In this document: one piece after another, positions 22,553 through 32,987 of the stretch
How positions within the stretch are numbered: the stretch's first letter is position 1
How the letters are laid out: every line of letters begins with the position of its first letter
Source: a bacterium
GTDB taxonomy: Bacteria; UBA8248
DNA: 64,000 nucleotides
Reading direction: 5' to 3'
Assembly: GCA_965207065.1 (NCBI GenBank)
Contig: OZ242260.1
Location: forward strand, 1,120,001 to 1,184,000
Position numbers and translations under genes: made by a program
Notes under the pieces: generated by a model
What the model was told of the DNA's origin: nothing
What the model saw: only the letters and a program-made list of their open reading frames with translations
Databases searched by the model: none

Positions 22553-22641
22553 GCCTCATCCTGAGTAGGGGAGAAGCCGCGTATCGAAGGGTGCCCTCTC
22601 ATCCCGGCGCGAGGCGTTCGACCTCCCTCGCCCTTCGATAC
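22553..22641. repeat. REP-like palindromic element
   Basis: TCATCCTGAG followed by the GTATCGAAGGG...CCCTTCGATAC inverted repeat. Confidence 0.5.
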
Positions 22642-22738
22642 AAACGCTCCTTTCTTGGGGTTGTTGAAAAAGCCCTTACGGATCGCGCCAAACCATTCTC
22701 CCCTTGCAGAGCCCCCCAAACAAACACTCCCCCCTCAG

Positions 22739-24103
22739 GGGTCTGTTGAAAAACCCCGTTCTTGAAGCGGGTGGTATGGCGGTTCACGCGGTGGCGGGGA
22801 GGGAGCCCAATCGGCGCGCGAGGGCGCGATGTGCGCGCAGACGGCGTCTCCGGGCGGCGCAGGCCGTCCAGAGGGCGAATAAACGCGCCGCAAGGGCGGC
22901 GGCGAGCCGCTTGAGGTTCACCGCAGTCGCCGTCAGGTAGGACTGGATACTCACGTTCTCCAGACCGCGGCGCATCGCCCGCCCCAGTACGTGCCAACTC
23001 TTCGCTTCCCCGTGATAACCCTCCGAGCGCCCCATGTGCCGGCGCCACAGCAGGCGCTCCTCCTCCCCCCACTGCGCATGCCGCCGGCGCGCGCGCAACA
23101 GCGCCAGATACGCGTTGGGAATCAAAACCTCCTTGCTCGACCGCGCCTGCGGCAGACAATCCGCCCGAAGCGCGCAGCCCGCGCAATCACGCGTCCTCGA
23201 ACCATAGTAGTGCCCCCGCTCCTCGCTCCGCCGGGGGCGCAGCGTCTTGCCGCGCGGACACTTCACCAAGTCGTGGCGCGCGTCGTAGCGGAACCGGCGC
23301 AACTGAACACGGCTCTGCGTGGGTTCTTGCTTCGCCGGGATGAGCGCGGACACGCCCCGACCCTCCAACGCCGCGTAGACCTTCGAGTACGCATACCCCG
23401 AATCCGCCGTCACCATCTCCGGCGCGCGGCCCGACAACTCGCTTACCGCCTCTATATGGGACGCCATCATCTCACGCTCGTTCAACGTCCCCTCCGTCAC
23501 CGCCACGTCGAGAACCACGCCCCGCTCATCGTCCACCACCGCGTGATGCGCCGCCAGACTATCCCAACTCACGTCCGCGCGTATCAGGGAAGCGTCCACG
23601 TGAACCACCTCCCCCTTCGCCACCTTTGCCTCCAGGCACGCCTGCACCGTCCGCCGGAATATAGCCCGGAACCGAGCCTCCCCCCAGCGCTGACGAATCC
23701 GCGTCAGGCTCGAATGGTCCGGCAACTCCTCGTGCAGCCCGTATCCGATGAACCACCGGACCGCCAGATGCGCCCGCGCTTCACGAAGCAGGCGACGGTC
23801 GTGAACGTAGCCCAGCAACAGGCCCGCAAGCATCAGGCGCAACGCCACCTCAGGGTCGATCCCCGGGCGACCGTTGTCCGCGCAATAGCAGTCCGCCACC
23901 TCCTCCCGAAGCCAACTCAAATCCAGTACCTGATGCACGCGGTACAGAACGTGATCCTCGGGGATCAGCCGATCCAGCGAGCCCGCCACGAACAAATCCA
24001 TCTGCTCGCGCCTCCTGCTGCCTATCATCGAGGGAACTCCCATCTCGGGCGAGTGGGTATCCAAATACCGAACCACAAAACCGGGGGGTTTTTCAACAGA
24101 CCC
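22739..24103 (-). mobile_element. IS1182-family element
   Basis: 19-bp perfect IR GGGTCTGTTGAAAAACCCC at both ends. Confidence 0.88.
22784..24028 (-). CDS. IS1182-family transposase, probably with an in-frame internal deletion
   Basis: GRPGIDPE, PDHSSL, HVDASLIRAD, ADSGY; the usual TDPDA segment is missing between VSWDSL and VDDERG. Confidence 0.75.
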   Translation of the reverse strand: MIGSRRREQMDLFVAGSLDRLIPEDHVLYRVHQVLDLSWLREEVADCYCADNGRPGIDPEVALRLMLAGLLLGYVHDRRLLREARAHLAVRWFIGYGLHEELPDHSSLTRIRQRWGEARFRAIFRRTVQACLEAKVAKGEVVHVDASLIRADVSWDSLAAHHAVVDDERGVVLDVAVTEGTLNEREMMASHIEAVSELSGRAPEMVTADSGYAYSKVYAALEGRGVSALIPAKQEPTQSRVQLRRFRYDARHDLVKCPRGKTLRPRRSEERGHYYGSRTRDCAGCALRADCLPQARSSKEVLIPNAYLALLRARRRHAQWGEEERLLWRRHMGRSEGYHGEAKSWHVLGRAMRRGLENVSIQSYLTATAVNLKRLAAALAARLFALWTACAARRRRLRAHRALARRLGSLPATA

Positions 24104-24433
24104 TCATAACCACGCCTTCTCCGAAAATGCGCCATGCTCGAGCAAAAAAACGGCGCGTTTTTTTCTTGACTATTATGATAATGAGATATAAAAAAACCAT
24201 AATATACATATAAAAGAGGCATGTATGGCATATAACATGGTAAAAATAACCTCAACCCCTCGCGCCGACTCCGCGATCGGCACCGTGCGGAACATGGAAT
24301 CGCCTGCTTCCGGCGCCCAACTCGTCCGGGGAAGCCGGATCGACAGCGGCAGTCCCGCCGGGAGAATCGCCGCCGAAGACGCGCGTCCGCCCGTTCCGTT
24401 GGCGGGCCTTCCGCGTCCTGCTAGACTAAGGCT

Positions 24434-24491
24434 AGACCCACAGACCCACAGACCCACAGACCCACAGACCCACAGACCCACAGACCCACAG
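24434..24491 (+). repeat. 8-bp tandem repeat (AGACCCAC)x7.25
   Basis: Counted directly. Confidence 0.95.
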
Positions 24492-25028
24492 GCGGAACCG
24501 TCTCTCTGAACCACATCTAGACCCCCAAATACCAGAAGACAGGTTCGCAGAACCACATCTAAACCAAAAAAAACCCGTAGATATATCCAAAGATCCGCAT
24601 CCGGATCCCAAAAACCGCATACCAGGCGCGCTTAAGGGGCGGCCCTTCAAGGGGGTTGCTGAATACCCCCTCGCCCGGAATGACGATCAAAACCATACCC
24701 CCTCGGGACTTCCCGCAGGTCGCGGCCCCGGACGGGCGCGCCAGCCTCACGCGTACGCGGGGCGATGCCGTCCCGGTCCGTATCCATGCCCGTATTTCAT
24801 CCGCAAGCCGGCGAAGTCCGCCGTGGAAACCATGCAAGCGCAAGGGAGGAAGCGCACATGATAAATCGAGGAAGCTGTAACCATGCCTTTTTGTCTCCGC
24901 CCCGCGTTGCCCGCAAGCCGGGCGCCTGAGCGAAAGCAACGGGAGAACTCTACATCCTAACCCCTCGCACGGGATTCCACGTTCGGCGCCGTGCGGGACC
25001 TGTCCATTCGACCTGGAGGAATTCAGCA

Positions 25029-25493
25029 ATGACCGCAACGAAACGACACCAACCCATCGTCTTCGCTCTCGTATGCGCTCTCGTTCTCATCGGCGGAAGC
25101 CTGAAAGCTCACGCGGAGGATCTCTTTGGCTTTAACCCGAATGTCACGACCACCTACGGAATGGCCAATGTCACAGATGAAAAACATAAAGTGGTGATCA
25201 AATTCTCCCTCAGTGCGGTAAAGTACGGTGCAACGAATGAATTTGAACCTTGCGTGAAAATGGAACACAGGCTCAGAACATCAGGGTTTACAGAAGAGTC
25301 GTGTGACACGGTTGAATTTCAAGATAAGGGCCAAGGAAATTTCAGGGCAACCTGGAACTTTGATAAAGTGTCGCAGTATGGGACGATATGTAACACCGAC
25401 GTAAGTATGAAAATTAAGAAGACTCAAGGCGATGGGACAGTGAAGGAGAGTGACTATACAGACGCTGAAAATGTGGGTTGGGGTGCTTGCTAG
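25029..25493 (+). CDS. Small secreted hypothetical protein
   Basis: RBS GGAGGA; signal peptide ending AHA; 4 Cys in the mature part; lower GC. Confidence 0.7.
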   Translation: MTATKRHQPIVFALVCALVLIGGSLKAHAEDLFGFNPNVTTTYGMANVTDEKHKVVIKFSLSAVKYGATNEFEPCVKMEHRLRTSGFTEESCDTVEFQDKGQGNFRATWNFDKVSQYGTICNTDVSMKIKKTQGDGTVKESDYTDAENVGWGAC

Positions 25494-25770
25494 TCGCTTC
25501 CCGGATACATATTTTTCGTGAACATCGCAGACGGTTCACCAATAAAGTTGCATCAGCCGCAAAAAAAGATTTGGATCGACATCCAGGGTCGTGTCAGGGA
25601 TATCGAGTAAGCGGAAAGGGAAGTGTCGTCATCAACACCCGGTTGAAAACCCTGTTTCAAGAGCGGGCGGGCGCTTAGGTCCCCGGGCAGGCCCCCGCGC
25701 CTGCCCGGGGTCGCGCTACCAAAACACGATCGCTCTCTTCTCGCTCGTGTCAAACCCTTCTTCATCGGAG

Positions 25771-25988
25771 CTTTTTCAACAATCTCCTTGAGGGTCGGCT
25801 TCCCTCGGGGAAAGCCGACGATGAGGGCGAGCGGTTTATGCGAAGGCCGATTCGGTGGGGGGTGAATCGCGTTTTATCGCCACTCCGAGTTATACCCCCC
25901 ACCGAATCGCTTTCGGGCTTACGCCCTCATCTCTTCGTCGGTCTACCCGAGGAGGATAGACCGACCCCTCAAGGGGTTGTTGAAAAAG
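25771..25988. repeat. Long imperfect palindrome flanked by outward-facing IS1182-type ends
   Basis: Nested arms CTTTTTCAACAA, TTGAGGGTCGG, GATGAGGGCG and GATTCGGTGGGGG each have a reverse-complement partner. Confidence 0.8.
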
Positions 25989-26129
25989 TCCTTCAAGTGG
26001 GGGGAGCCCGTATCGGATATGTTTATCCCCGTGGTTGCGCTTTGCAGTCACAGGGTCCAGGACAGGCACGGGGACCTGTCCCTACAAACCCTCTTGCAGG
26101 GGCCTCTACGGACTTTTTCTACAGACCCC
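25973..26129. mobile_element. 157-bp MITE with IS1182-like ends and TCAA target duplication; contains a GTAG-type REP
   Basis: GGGGTTGTTGAAAAAGTCC / GGACTTTTTCTACAGACCCC; TCAA on both sides. Confidence 0.75.
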
Positions 26130-26289
26130 TCAAGGGGGGAGTGAAATTCACCGCGCTCCTTTTGTGAAGTTTTTCAACAGACACATCCAGGTCGGACTTC
26201 TCCCACGCTGTCCGGCTCAACAATCATCCGGGTTTATCGGGCAGCGTTTCGGCCCTACAGCGCAGGATGAGTCGGGACTATTTCCGGCT

Positions 26290-26767
26290 TCAATTGAACA
26301 ATGTCAAAGTGACGACAGGCACTGTGATCACGCATGAGCGAGGCGCTTGCGAAGCCATCCGCCTTGCGCCGCGCCATAAATTCCTACGCCAGGCGCAAGC
26401 CCTCGCCGAGTTCTCCCGGTTGAGATATTCGACCCGTCTCATCAAGAAACCGCACCAGTCGGACGACCCGGGACATGTAGTCCAGTGAACTTCGCTGACA
26501 CCTCTTGTAGTGACCGTAGCTCGTATGGACGCAACGGCAGTCATGGCATCGAAATCGACGCAACACGGCATCGTCCATCTCGCCAATCGCCGTGCCGTCG
26601 CTTTGAAGCCAGATCAAAAAGTGTCGCGACGCTCTCTGAACGCCGACGACTTGGTTTGGGGACAGGCCAGCCTCCTTCAGCCAGCTCGGATACTCTGGAA
26701 GGAACCCCCGGAAAGGGTCCCGGTCAGTCGCGAATCCCGTGCTTCGTCTTGCTGTCTTGGGTAACAT
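26290..26767 (-). pseudogene. RitA-like recombinase N-terminal remnant (second, decayed RIT element)
   Basis: RHFLIWL...LRRFRCHDCRC...VRFLDETGRISQPGEL matches RitA (LHFLVWL...FLQHDCRC...RFLEQTGHVETPGEL). Confidence 0.75.
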
Positions 26768-26809
26768 CTCCTCATCCTCTCGCTATGAAACAGCAAAAGG
26801 AGAACCATA

Positions 26810-26899
26810 CAGTAATGGTAAGTGAATCCGGCCCTCTGGCCCACAATATCAGGGCCGGAACCGCTCTGACTCAACATAACTATTCACTTACCATTACTG
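26810..26899. repeat. 18-bp perfect inverted repeat with inner hairpin (probable RIT end/recombinase sites)
   Basis: CAGTAATGGTAAGTGAAT (26810-26827) / ATTCACTTACCATTACTG (26882-26899); inner CCGGCCCT/AGGGCCGG; CAACATAA site. Confidence 0.7.
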
Positions 26900-27463
26900 A
26901 TGGAGGGAACATGACGGTGACCGGCTGTTCGCGCCGGAGCGCTTCTCTCTTCTTCCATCGCGTTTTCTCACGTTTTTTTATCACGTCCCTGCGCGCCGGA
27001 TCGCAAGTGTGAGCGTATTTGGAACAAATATGTAGGATTTGAGCCACTAAAACCTGTTGTCAGCGACGTATTTTCGGGATATGTTCGCATTGATGTATGC
27101 GATCGAATCCCGCACAGGGACGACTCTGGACTATCAATCGAGACGAAACATTGAGGCCTTGCTCGCACGCCGTCCGGCATTGAGTTATCGGTCCCTGTCG
27201 TCGTCCTCCACGATATCGGGCCGGACGGACGCTTCCGATCTGATTCGGCGCCTTTGCCAGAGATCGGTTGGCCGAACGCGTCTTCGTCCTCACCGCAATG
27301 GATGTCGGAAGTGATTACAAGAGGAAAATCACGGGCATCACCATAAAAGCCGTGCTCTTTCCCGCTTCGCGCGCGCGGACGTGCTCTCCGGGAGGGAGAA
27401 CTTCCGGCGGGGCGGCGACCCCAGGCGCGCCATCATTCATCAAAATCTGAACGGGAGAATCGT

Positions 27464-29551
27464 ATGACCATCGGAAACGCCACCCTGCGCGGCGGCCAGA
27501 CCCTGCTCCACGACGCCAGGATGTGGGGCCAGCTCGCGCGTTGGGGGCTCCTGGGACTCGTCCTGAGCATCGTCCTGACCCCTGCGGTGAGCCTCTTCAC
27601 GACGACGAGCGCGCATGAATGGCGCGTCATTGGCCTGGGCACGCTGGCCGAGGCCAAGCTCGGCATCGGGTATTCTCCCGATTCGGGCCAGGCGTACGAG
27701 TGGCGCGCTGGTGAGTGGACCGTGGAGCGGATATCTCTCATCGCAAGCGATCCCAGGATCGAGCGGGTAAGGAGACGCATGCTCGATACCGTCCATGCCA
27801 GGGCCTGGCTGGGCCTCTGGCTCGGCCTGGGCGGCATCGTGCTCTTTGCACTCTTCTTCTGGCTGCTGGGCCGGCGCATGGCGAGGGCGCACAGGGTGCG
27901 GGGAGCGGAGATGACGACTGCGGGAGCGCTCGCGAGACGCGTTACGCCTCTCTTCTCCCGCCTGGCGGGAAGATTCTTCCCGGCCGCGCGCAAGTCCAAG
28001 CCCCGCATCGCGGGGGTCCCCTGGCCCGAGCGCGCCGAGACGCAGCACACCATCGTTTCGGGCACAACGGGTTCGGGGAAGACCGTCCTGATATCGGACC
28101 TGGTCGCGCAGATAAGGGAGCGGGGGGAGCGCTGCATCCTCTACGACAAGATGGGAAGCTACACGCGGGCGTTCTTCGACCCCGCCCGCGACGTGCTGAT
28201 GAATCCCCTCGACGCCCGTGCGCCGCGGTGGTCGCCTTTCCTGGAAGCCAGGACGCCCAGGGACTTCGACACAATGGCGGCCGCTCTCATCCCCCAGCAG
28301 AAGGACACGGTGGACCCCTTCTGGGTGACGGCCGCGCGGCAGCTGTTCGCGAACGGCGCGGGCGTCCTCTGGAAGCGCGGCGTGACGGAGAACAGCGTAC
28401 TCGTAAAACACCTGCTCAAGACAGAGCTGACCTCACTGGCCGAAGCCATGGAGGGCACGGTGGCGCAATCCATCGTGGACCCCGAGAACCCCAAGACCGC
28501 TCTCTCGGTGCGGGCGATGCTGACCGCGCACCTGGGCGCGCTCGAGTGCCTGCCCGACTCAGGCGCCCCCTTCTCGATCCGGGAGTGGGTGGAGCGCGAG
28601 GACGAATCCGGCTTCCTGTTCCTGACCTCGCGGGGGGATCAGCACGCGAGCCTGAGAGGCCTCATCTCGACATGGCTCGAGATCGCGGTGAACGCGCTCC
28701 TCTCCCTCGGCCGGGACGATGAGCGCCGTGTCTGGATTGTGCTCGACGAACTTCCCACTCTCCACCAGGTGCCGAGCCTGCAACCCGGCCTTGCAGAATC
28801 GCGCCAGTTTGGGGGGTGTTTCGTACTGGGGGTGCAAGTGATCTCGGCCTTGCGCGATTTGTATGGGCGAAACGGCGCTGAGACCGTGTCGGGTCTCTGC
28901 GGCACCCGGGTAGTGCTGGCCGCGCCCGACCAGGAGACGGCGCGATGGTCGGCCGAGAGTCTCGGCCGCGGCGAGGTCACCGAATACGCGGAGGGGCTCA
29001 GCTACGGGGCGAGCGCGATGAGAGACGGCGTGTCGCTCACCGAGCGCCGCGAGATGCGCCCCCTGGCGCTGCCGTCGGAGATCATGCGCCTGGAAAACCT
29101 CGACGGCTACCTCAAGTTCCCCGGTCCCTGGCCGGTGGCGCAAATCCGGCTCGACTACGTGAAAAGGCCCAGGGCCGCCGAGAGCTTCATACCGAGAGAG
29201 AATGTGCCGCTTCTCGAAGCAGGTGGAGCGAAAAGCGCTGAAACCGGACCCTCCGGGAAAACGCACGAGTCCGGGAGGGCGGCTAAACCCGGGGAGGCGA
29301 CGAATCAGTTGGAACTCGAATTGCCCGGCGATGCGACCGCAAACGCTGAGCCGGAAGCCGAGCCTGAACGACCCGCTCCGCCGCCGGACGCGGGCGTGGC
29401 AGGCCCCGATCAAGCCCCCGGAACATCCGGGGCGCCGCAACCCGCGGCCCACTCCGTAGAGGGGGATGACGCCGGTGCGGCCGGTAACGATGAGCGCAAG
29501 CGGGGCGAAGACGGCGAAGAGGCCGGGTCCCGCACGCCGGACTGGTTGTGA
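27464..29551 (+). CDS. traD: Type IV coupling protein (TrwB/TraD family)
   Basis: N-terminal TMs, GTTGSGKT, NPLDAR, LDELPTL, LPSEIMRLENLDGYL; low-complexity acidic tail. Confidence 0.92.
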   Translation: MTIGNATLRGGQTLLHDARMWGQLARWGLLGLVLSIVLTPAVSLFTTTSAHEWRVIGLGTLAEAKLGIGYSPDSGQAYEWRAGEWTVERISLIASDPRIERVRRRMLDTVHARAWLGLWLGLGGIVLFALFFWLLGRRMARAHRVRGAEMTTAGALARRVTPLFSRLAGRFFPAARKSKPRIAGVPWPERAETQHTIVSGTTGSGKTVLISDLVAQIRERGERCILYDKMGSYTRAFFDPARDVLMNPLDARAPRWSPFLEARTPRDFDTMAAALIPQQKDTVDPFWVTAARQLFANGAGVLWKRGVTENSVLVKHLLKTELTSLAEAMEGTVAQSIVDPENPKTALSVRAMLTAHLGALECLPDSGAPFSIREWVEREDESGFLFLTSRGDQHASLRGLISTWLEIAVNALLSLGRDDERRVWIVLDELPTLHQVPSLQPGLAESRQFGGCFVLGVQVISALRDLYGRNGAETVSGLCGTRVVLAAPDQETARWSAESLGRGEVTEYAEGLSYGASAMRDGVSLTERREMRPLALPSEIMRLENLDGYLKFPGPWPVAQIRLDYVKRPRAAESFIPRENVPLLEAGGAKSAETGPSGKTHESGRAAKPGEATNQLELELPGDATANAEPEAEPERPAPPPDAGVAGPDQAPGTSGAPQPAAHSVEGDDAGAAGNDERKRGEDGEEAGSRTPDWL

Positions 29552-30948
29552 TGGTCGTCTCGATCGGCGCCGTCGCCGCCCCCGCGCAGGGCGCCTCCTA
29601 CTACGAGCGCGACGGCTACTACGCCAAGGACGACCCCGCCCACAGGGAGGTGAGCGCATGGGCAGGCAGGGGAGCGGAGGACCTTGGCCTCACGGGCCCG
29701 GTCGACCCGGAAATATTCAAGGCGGTGCTCGAGGGCGAAGTGCCCGACGGCTCGGGGAGAAAGCTCGGACGCAGGCGCAAGGAGGGCGTCCTGGAGCACC
29801 GGCCCGGACGCGACCTCACCTTCTCGGCCCCCAAATCCGTCTCGCTCGCTGCGCTGGTGGGCGGCGATACCCGTGTCGTCGAGGCACATGACCGGGCGGT
29901 CGAACGCACCCTCGCCTGGATCGAGGGCAACGCCGCTGAGACCAGGATGAAGGACCCGGAGACGGGCGGCATGGTCAAGGCCGGTGATCAGAAAACGGTG
30001 GCCGCCACCTTCCGCCACGACGCCTCACGCAACCTCGACCCCCAGCTTCACACCCACGCGGTGCTGGCCAACATGGTCCGGGGTCCGGACGGCAAGTGGA
30101 GGACGATGTCCAACGAGGCGCTCTACCGCCGCCAGAAGCTGATCGGCATGCTCTACAGGAGCGAGTTGGCGCAGGGACTGGGGAAGCTGGGCTACGCGAT
30201 TGAGAAGACGCACGCCGACGGGCGGTTCGAGGTCGCGGGCGTTCGCCGCGAGGTGATCGAGGCGTTCTCGACCCGGCGGGCGGAGATCGAGGCGGCCATG
30301 GACGAGAGAGGCCTGGGAACGACGGCCGCGAACCAGCGCCTCGCGGAGCGCGCGGCGCTCATGACCCGCGCCCGCAAGCGCGACGTGGACAAGAGCGCGC
30401 TCAGGGGCATTTGGGAGAAACAGGCAAAAGACTTAGGATTCGACCCCAAAGCCCTTGTGCCCGAAGCGGCCTCCAGGGTCGCCGGCCTGGAAGGCGCGGG
30501 GGAGGCCCGTGAGCCGTCGCAGGACCGGGGAATTGCCCAAGAAACCGGTCCGGCCGGTGAGGCTGTGGAATGGGCCGTGTCGCATCTCGCGGAGCGCGAA
30601 GCCGTGTTCGCCCGCGCCGACGCGCTGGCCGCCGCGCTGGCCTGGCGGCCGGGCGCGGTGTCCGCCCAAGCGGCGGAGAGGGCGCTGGGCGATCTCGAAA
30701 AAGCGGGACGGCTCCATGCCGCTCCGGCGCTCAAGGGGGGCGACGGCCTGACCACCGATAAGGCGCTGGCGGACGAACGCGAGACGATCGGGCTGATGCG
30801 GGACGGCCAGGGCCGGGGCCGGGCGGCAATGCGCACCTGGATGGTGCAGGCGCATCTGCACAAGGGACCGCTGACGCAGGGTCAGAGGGAAGCGGTCAAG
30901 CTCATCCTCTCGGCCAAAGACCGCGTCGTCGGCGTGCAGGGCTATGCC
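29551..30948 (+). pseudogene. trwC: MOBF relaxase-helicase (TrwC), 5' part, interrupted by RIT
   Basis: YYERDGYY, DLTFSAPKSVS, HDASRNLDPQLHTH (HUH); ends at GVQGYA. Confidence 0.92.
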
Positions 30949-31068
30949 GTTATGCCGAGCTCGGCATAACCGCATTAATGCCGAGAAGTGGATAATGCCG
31001 AGTGATCTGCTAAATACGGCTTGTTTACAGGGTTTTTCGGCACATTCACTCGGCATTATATCTGGAGA

Positions 31069-32061
31069 TCACTTGCCACCGAGAAGTTCCGTCAAGCTGT
31101 CCCTGACACCGGGGAAGGTCCCCGGTCTAATGGACGGCGGCGTGCGGGTCTCCAGGATGCGCAGCTTTTCGGCCGGGCTCGCACGGACGTACATCTCGGT
31201 GGTCTTGAGGTGCGCATGACCGAGCCACAGGGAGACCTTTCGGATGTCGCCGGTGGCATGCAGGATCGCCATGGCCGCGGAATGACGCAGCACATGCGGG
31301 GTCACTCTCTTGGTCTTGATCGACGCGACGGTCTTGGCGGCCGTGGTGACATGCTTGTCGAGCAGGTATGCGAAGCCGTCCGTGCTCATCGCCCGTCCCC
31401 GTGCATTGAGGAACATGTATCGGTTGGTGACCGACGGCCTGGCGTCGAGCCACTGATTGAGGACGGTCCTCGTTTCCTTCCACATGGGCAGTTCCCGTTC
31501 GCGTCGTCCCTTGCCCAGGATGCGGATGGTCCCGAGTCGGGGGCCGGACACGCTGTCGAGCGTGAGCGTTGTCAGTTCCGACACCCTCAACCCGGCGGCA
31601 TAGCACAGATGCAGCATCGCCCGGTCTCGCAGACCTGCCATCGTTCCAGTATCCGGGGCATCCAGGATCGCTTGCATTTCGGTCCGATCGAGCCAGTCGA
31701 TCAGCGGCTTGTCGGTGGTCTTTTGCGGTATGGCGCGTACCTGCAACGCGAGGTCGAGGCAGCTCGGCACACGGTATTCCAGATAACGGAAGAACGACTT
31801 GATGGCGGCAAGGCGGACATTGCGTGTGCCCACACTGTTGTTGCGGTCCTTCTCCAGGGACTCGAGGAAGGCCGACAGCAACGCCACCGTGAAGTGCTCG
31901 ATCTTGAGCTTGCAGGGACGGGTCCGGATCCGTTGCGCCGTGTAGGCCACGAGCAGCCGGAAGCACTCGGTGTAGCCCTGCAAGGTGTGGCGGCTGCATT
32001 GCCGTACGTTGGGAAGGTACTCCCGCAGGAAGGCGGAGAGATGGGGGGCAAGATCGGTCAT
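31069..32061 (-). CDS. ritC: RIT tyrosine recombinase C
   Basis: GLRVSEL, TPHVLRHSAA, WLGH...TEMY. Confidence 0.9.
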   Translation of the reverse strand: MTDLAPHLSAFLREYLPNVRQCSRHTLQGYTECFRLLVAYTAQRIRTRPCKLKIEHFTVALLSAFLESLEKDRNNSVGTRNVRLAAIKSFFRYLEYRVPSCLDLALQVRAIPQKTTDKPLIDWLDRTEMQAILDAPDTGTMAGLRDRAMLHLCYAAGLRVSELTTLTLDSVSGPRLGTIRILGKGRRERELPMWKETRTVLNQWLDARPSVTNRYMFLNARGRAMSTDGFAYLLDKHVTTAAKTVASIKTKRVTPHVLRHSAAMAILHATGDIRKVSLWLGHAHLKTTEMYVRASPAEKLRILETRTPPSIRPGTFPGVRDSLTELLGGK

Positions 32062-32987
32062 CGGGCGCCTCCATTGGTGTGAGCCTGTTCCACCGCCTCG
32101 GCGATGCCGTGCAGCAGAACCGGGGTCGCCTCCAGATACCAGTAGGTACTGGTGACATGGACGTGGCCGAGATAGGTGGCCAGAGCCAGCATGTGCCGGC
32201 CCGCTCCGGCGCCGGGAGGCAGCATCTCCAGTGACCGGACGGCGAAGGAGTGTCGCAGCGAGTGCAGGGTCGGCCCCCGCCCCGCGCCAGGTCTGCGCAG
32301 GCCCGCTTGTTCGGCGAGTTTGCGGAAGACACCGCGCACATGGCTTTTGTCTGGACTTCGGCCGGTTGCGATCACGAACAGGTGCCGGTCCGGCGTTGTC
32401 TCCCTGAGCCGTGCCTCAAGGTAGAGTTCGAGCGCTTCCCAGGTGGTCGGGTGCAGCGCGACCATCCTCGTCTTGCCGAACTTCGTATCCCGGATGACCA
32501 AGCCGTCAGGGGTGATGTCATCCAGCGTCAATGCAAGGGCTTCGCCGATGCGCAGGCCGGTCGCTGCAATGAGACCGAACAGGCAGTGCCAGGTCAGCGG
32601 GGCGATGGTTTCGGCGGGTCCCACCGACAGGGCCGCGGTCAGCAGTTTGCCGATGTCCGGGACCGATATCAGGTACGGCTTCGGCCTCCGCCGCGTCGAA
32701 CGCCCCAGCGCATCACGAGGCGGCACCTCGTGGCGATCGTCCTCCGCGTGCAGCCAGAGGGCAAGGTCATGGAGCACACGGAGCTTTTTGACTTGCACTT
32801 GCGCTGATGCCGCCTTCGATGCCGAGGCCCACTCAAGAGCGGTCCCGGAGCAGATGCGGGTCTCGTTGCGAGCCTCGGCGAACCGCGCAAAGCTGCGCAG
32901 CATCCGTTCGTTCTGTGTAAACCGGTAACCGAGCGACCGCTTGATCGCGACAAAGCGCGCGACATGATCGGTGATCGTTGTGCTCAT
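32058..32987 (-). CDS. ritB: RIT tyrosine recombinase B
   Basis: GLRIGEAL, TKFGKTR, HSLRHSFAV, YLGH...TYWY. Confidence 0.9.
   Translation of the reverse strand: MSTTITDHVARFVAIKRSLGYRFTQNERMLRSFARFAEARNETRICSGTALEWASASKAASAQVQVKKLRVLHDLALWLHAEDDRHEVPPRDALGRSTRRRPKPYLISVPDIGKLLTAALSVGPAETIAPLTWHCLFGLIAATGLRIGEALALTLDDITPDGLVIRDTKFGKTRMVALHPTTWEALELYLEARLRETTPDRHLFVIATGRSPDKSHVRGVFRKLAEQAGLRRPGAGRGPTLHSLRHSFAVRSLEMLPPGAGAGRHMLALATYLGHVHVTSTYWYLEATPVLLHGIAEAVEQAHTNGGAR

Noticed and set aside
24434-24491. Possible CRISPR array
   Set aside because: Contiguous 8-mers with no spacers; no cas genes in the window
24900-24945. Hammerhead ribozyme or riboswitch (CTGAGCGAAA)
   Set aside because: Lacks CUGAnGA plus stem II; no full match to a riboswitch consensus I can verify
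26900-27460. oriT and accessory mob gene upstream of traD
   Set aside because: No convincing nic motif or intact ORF recognisable by eye
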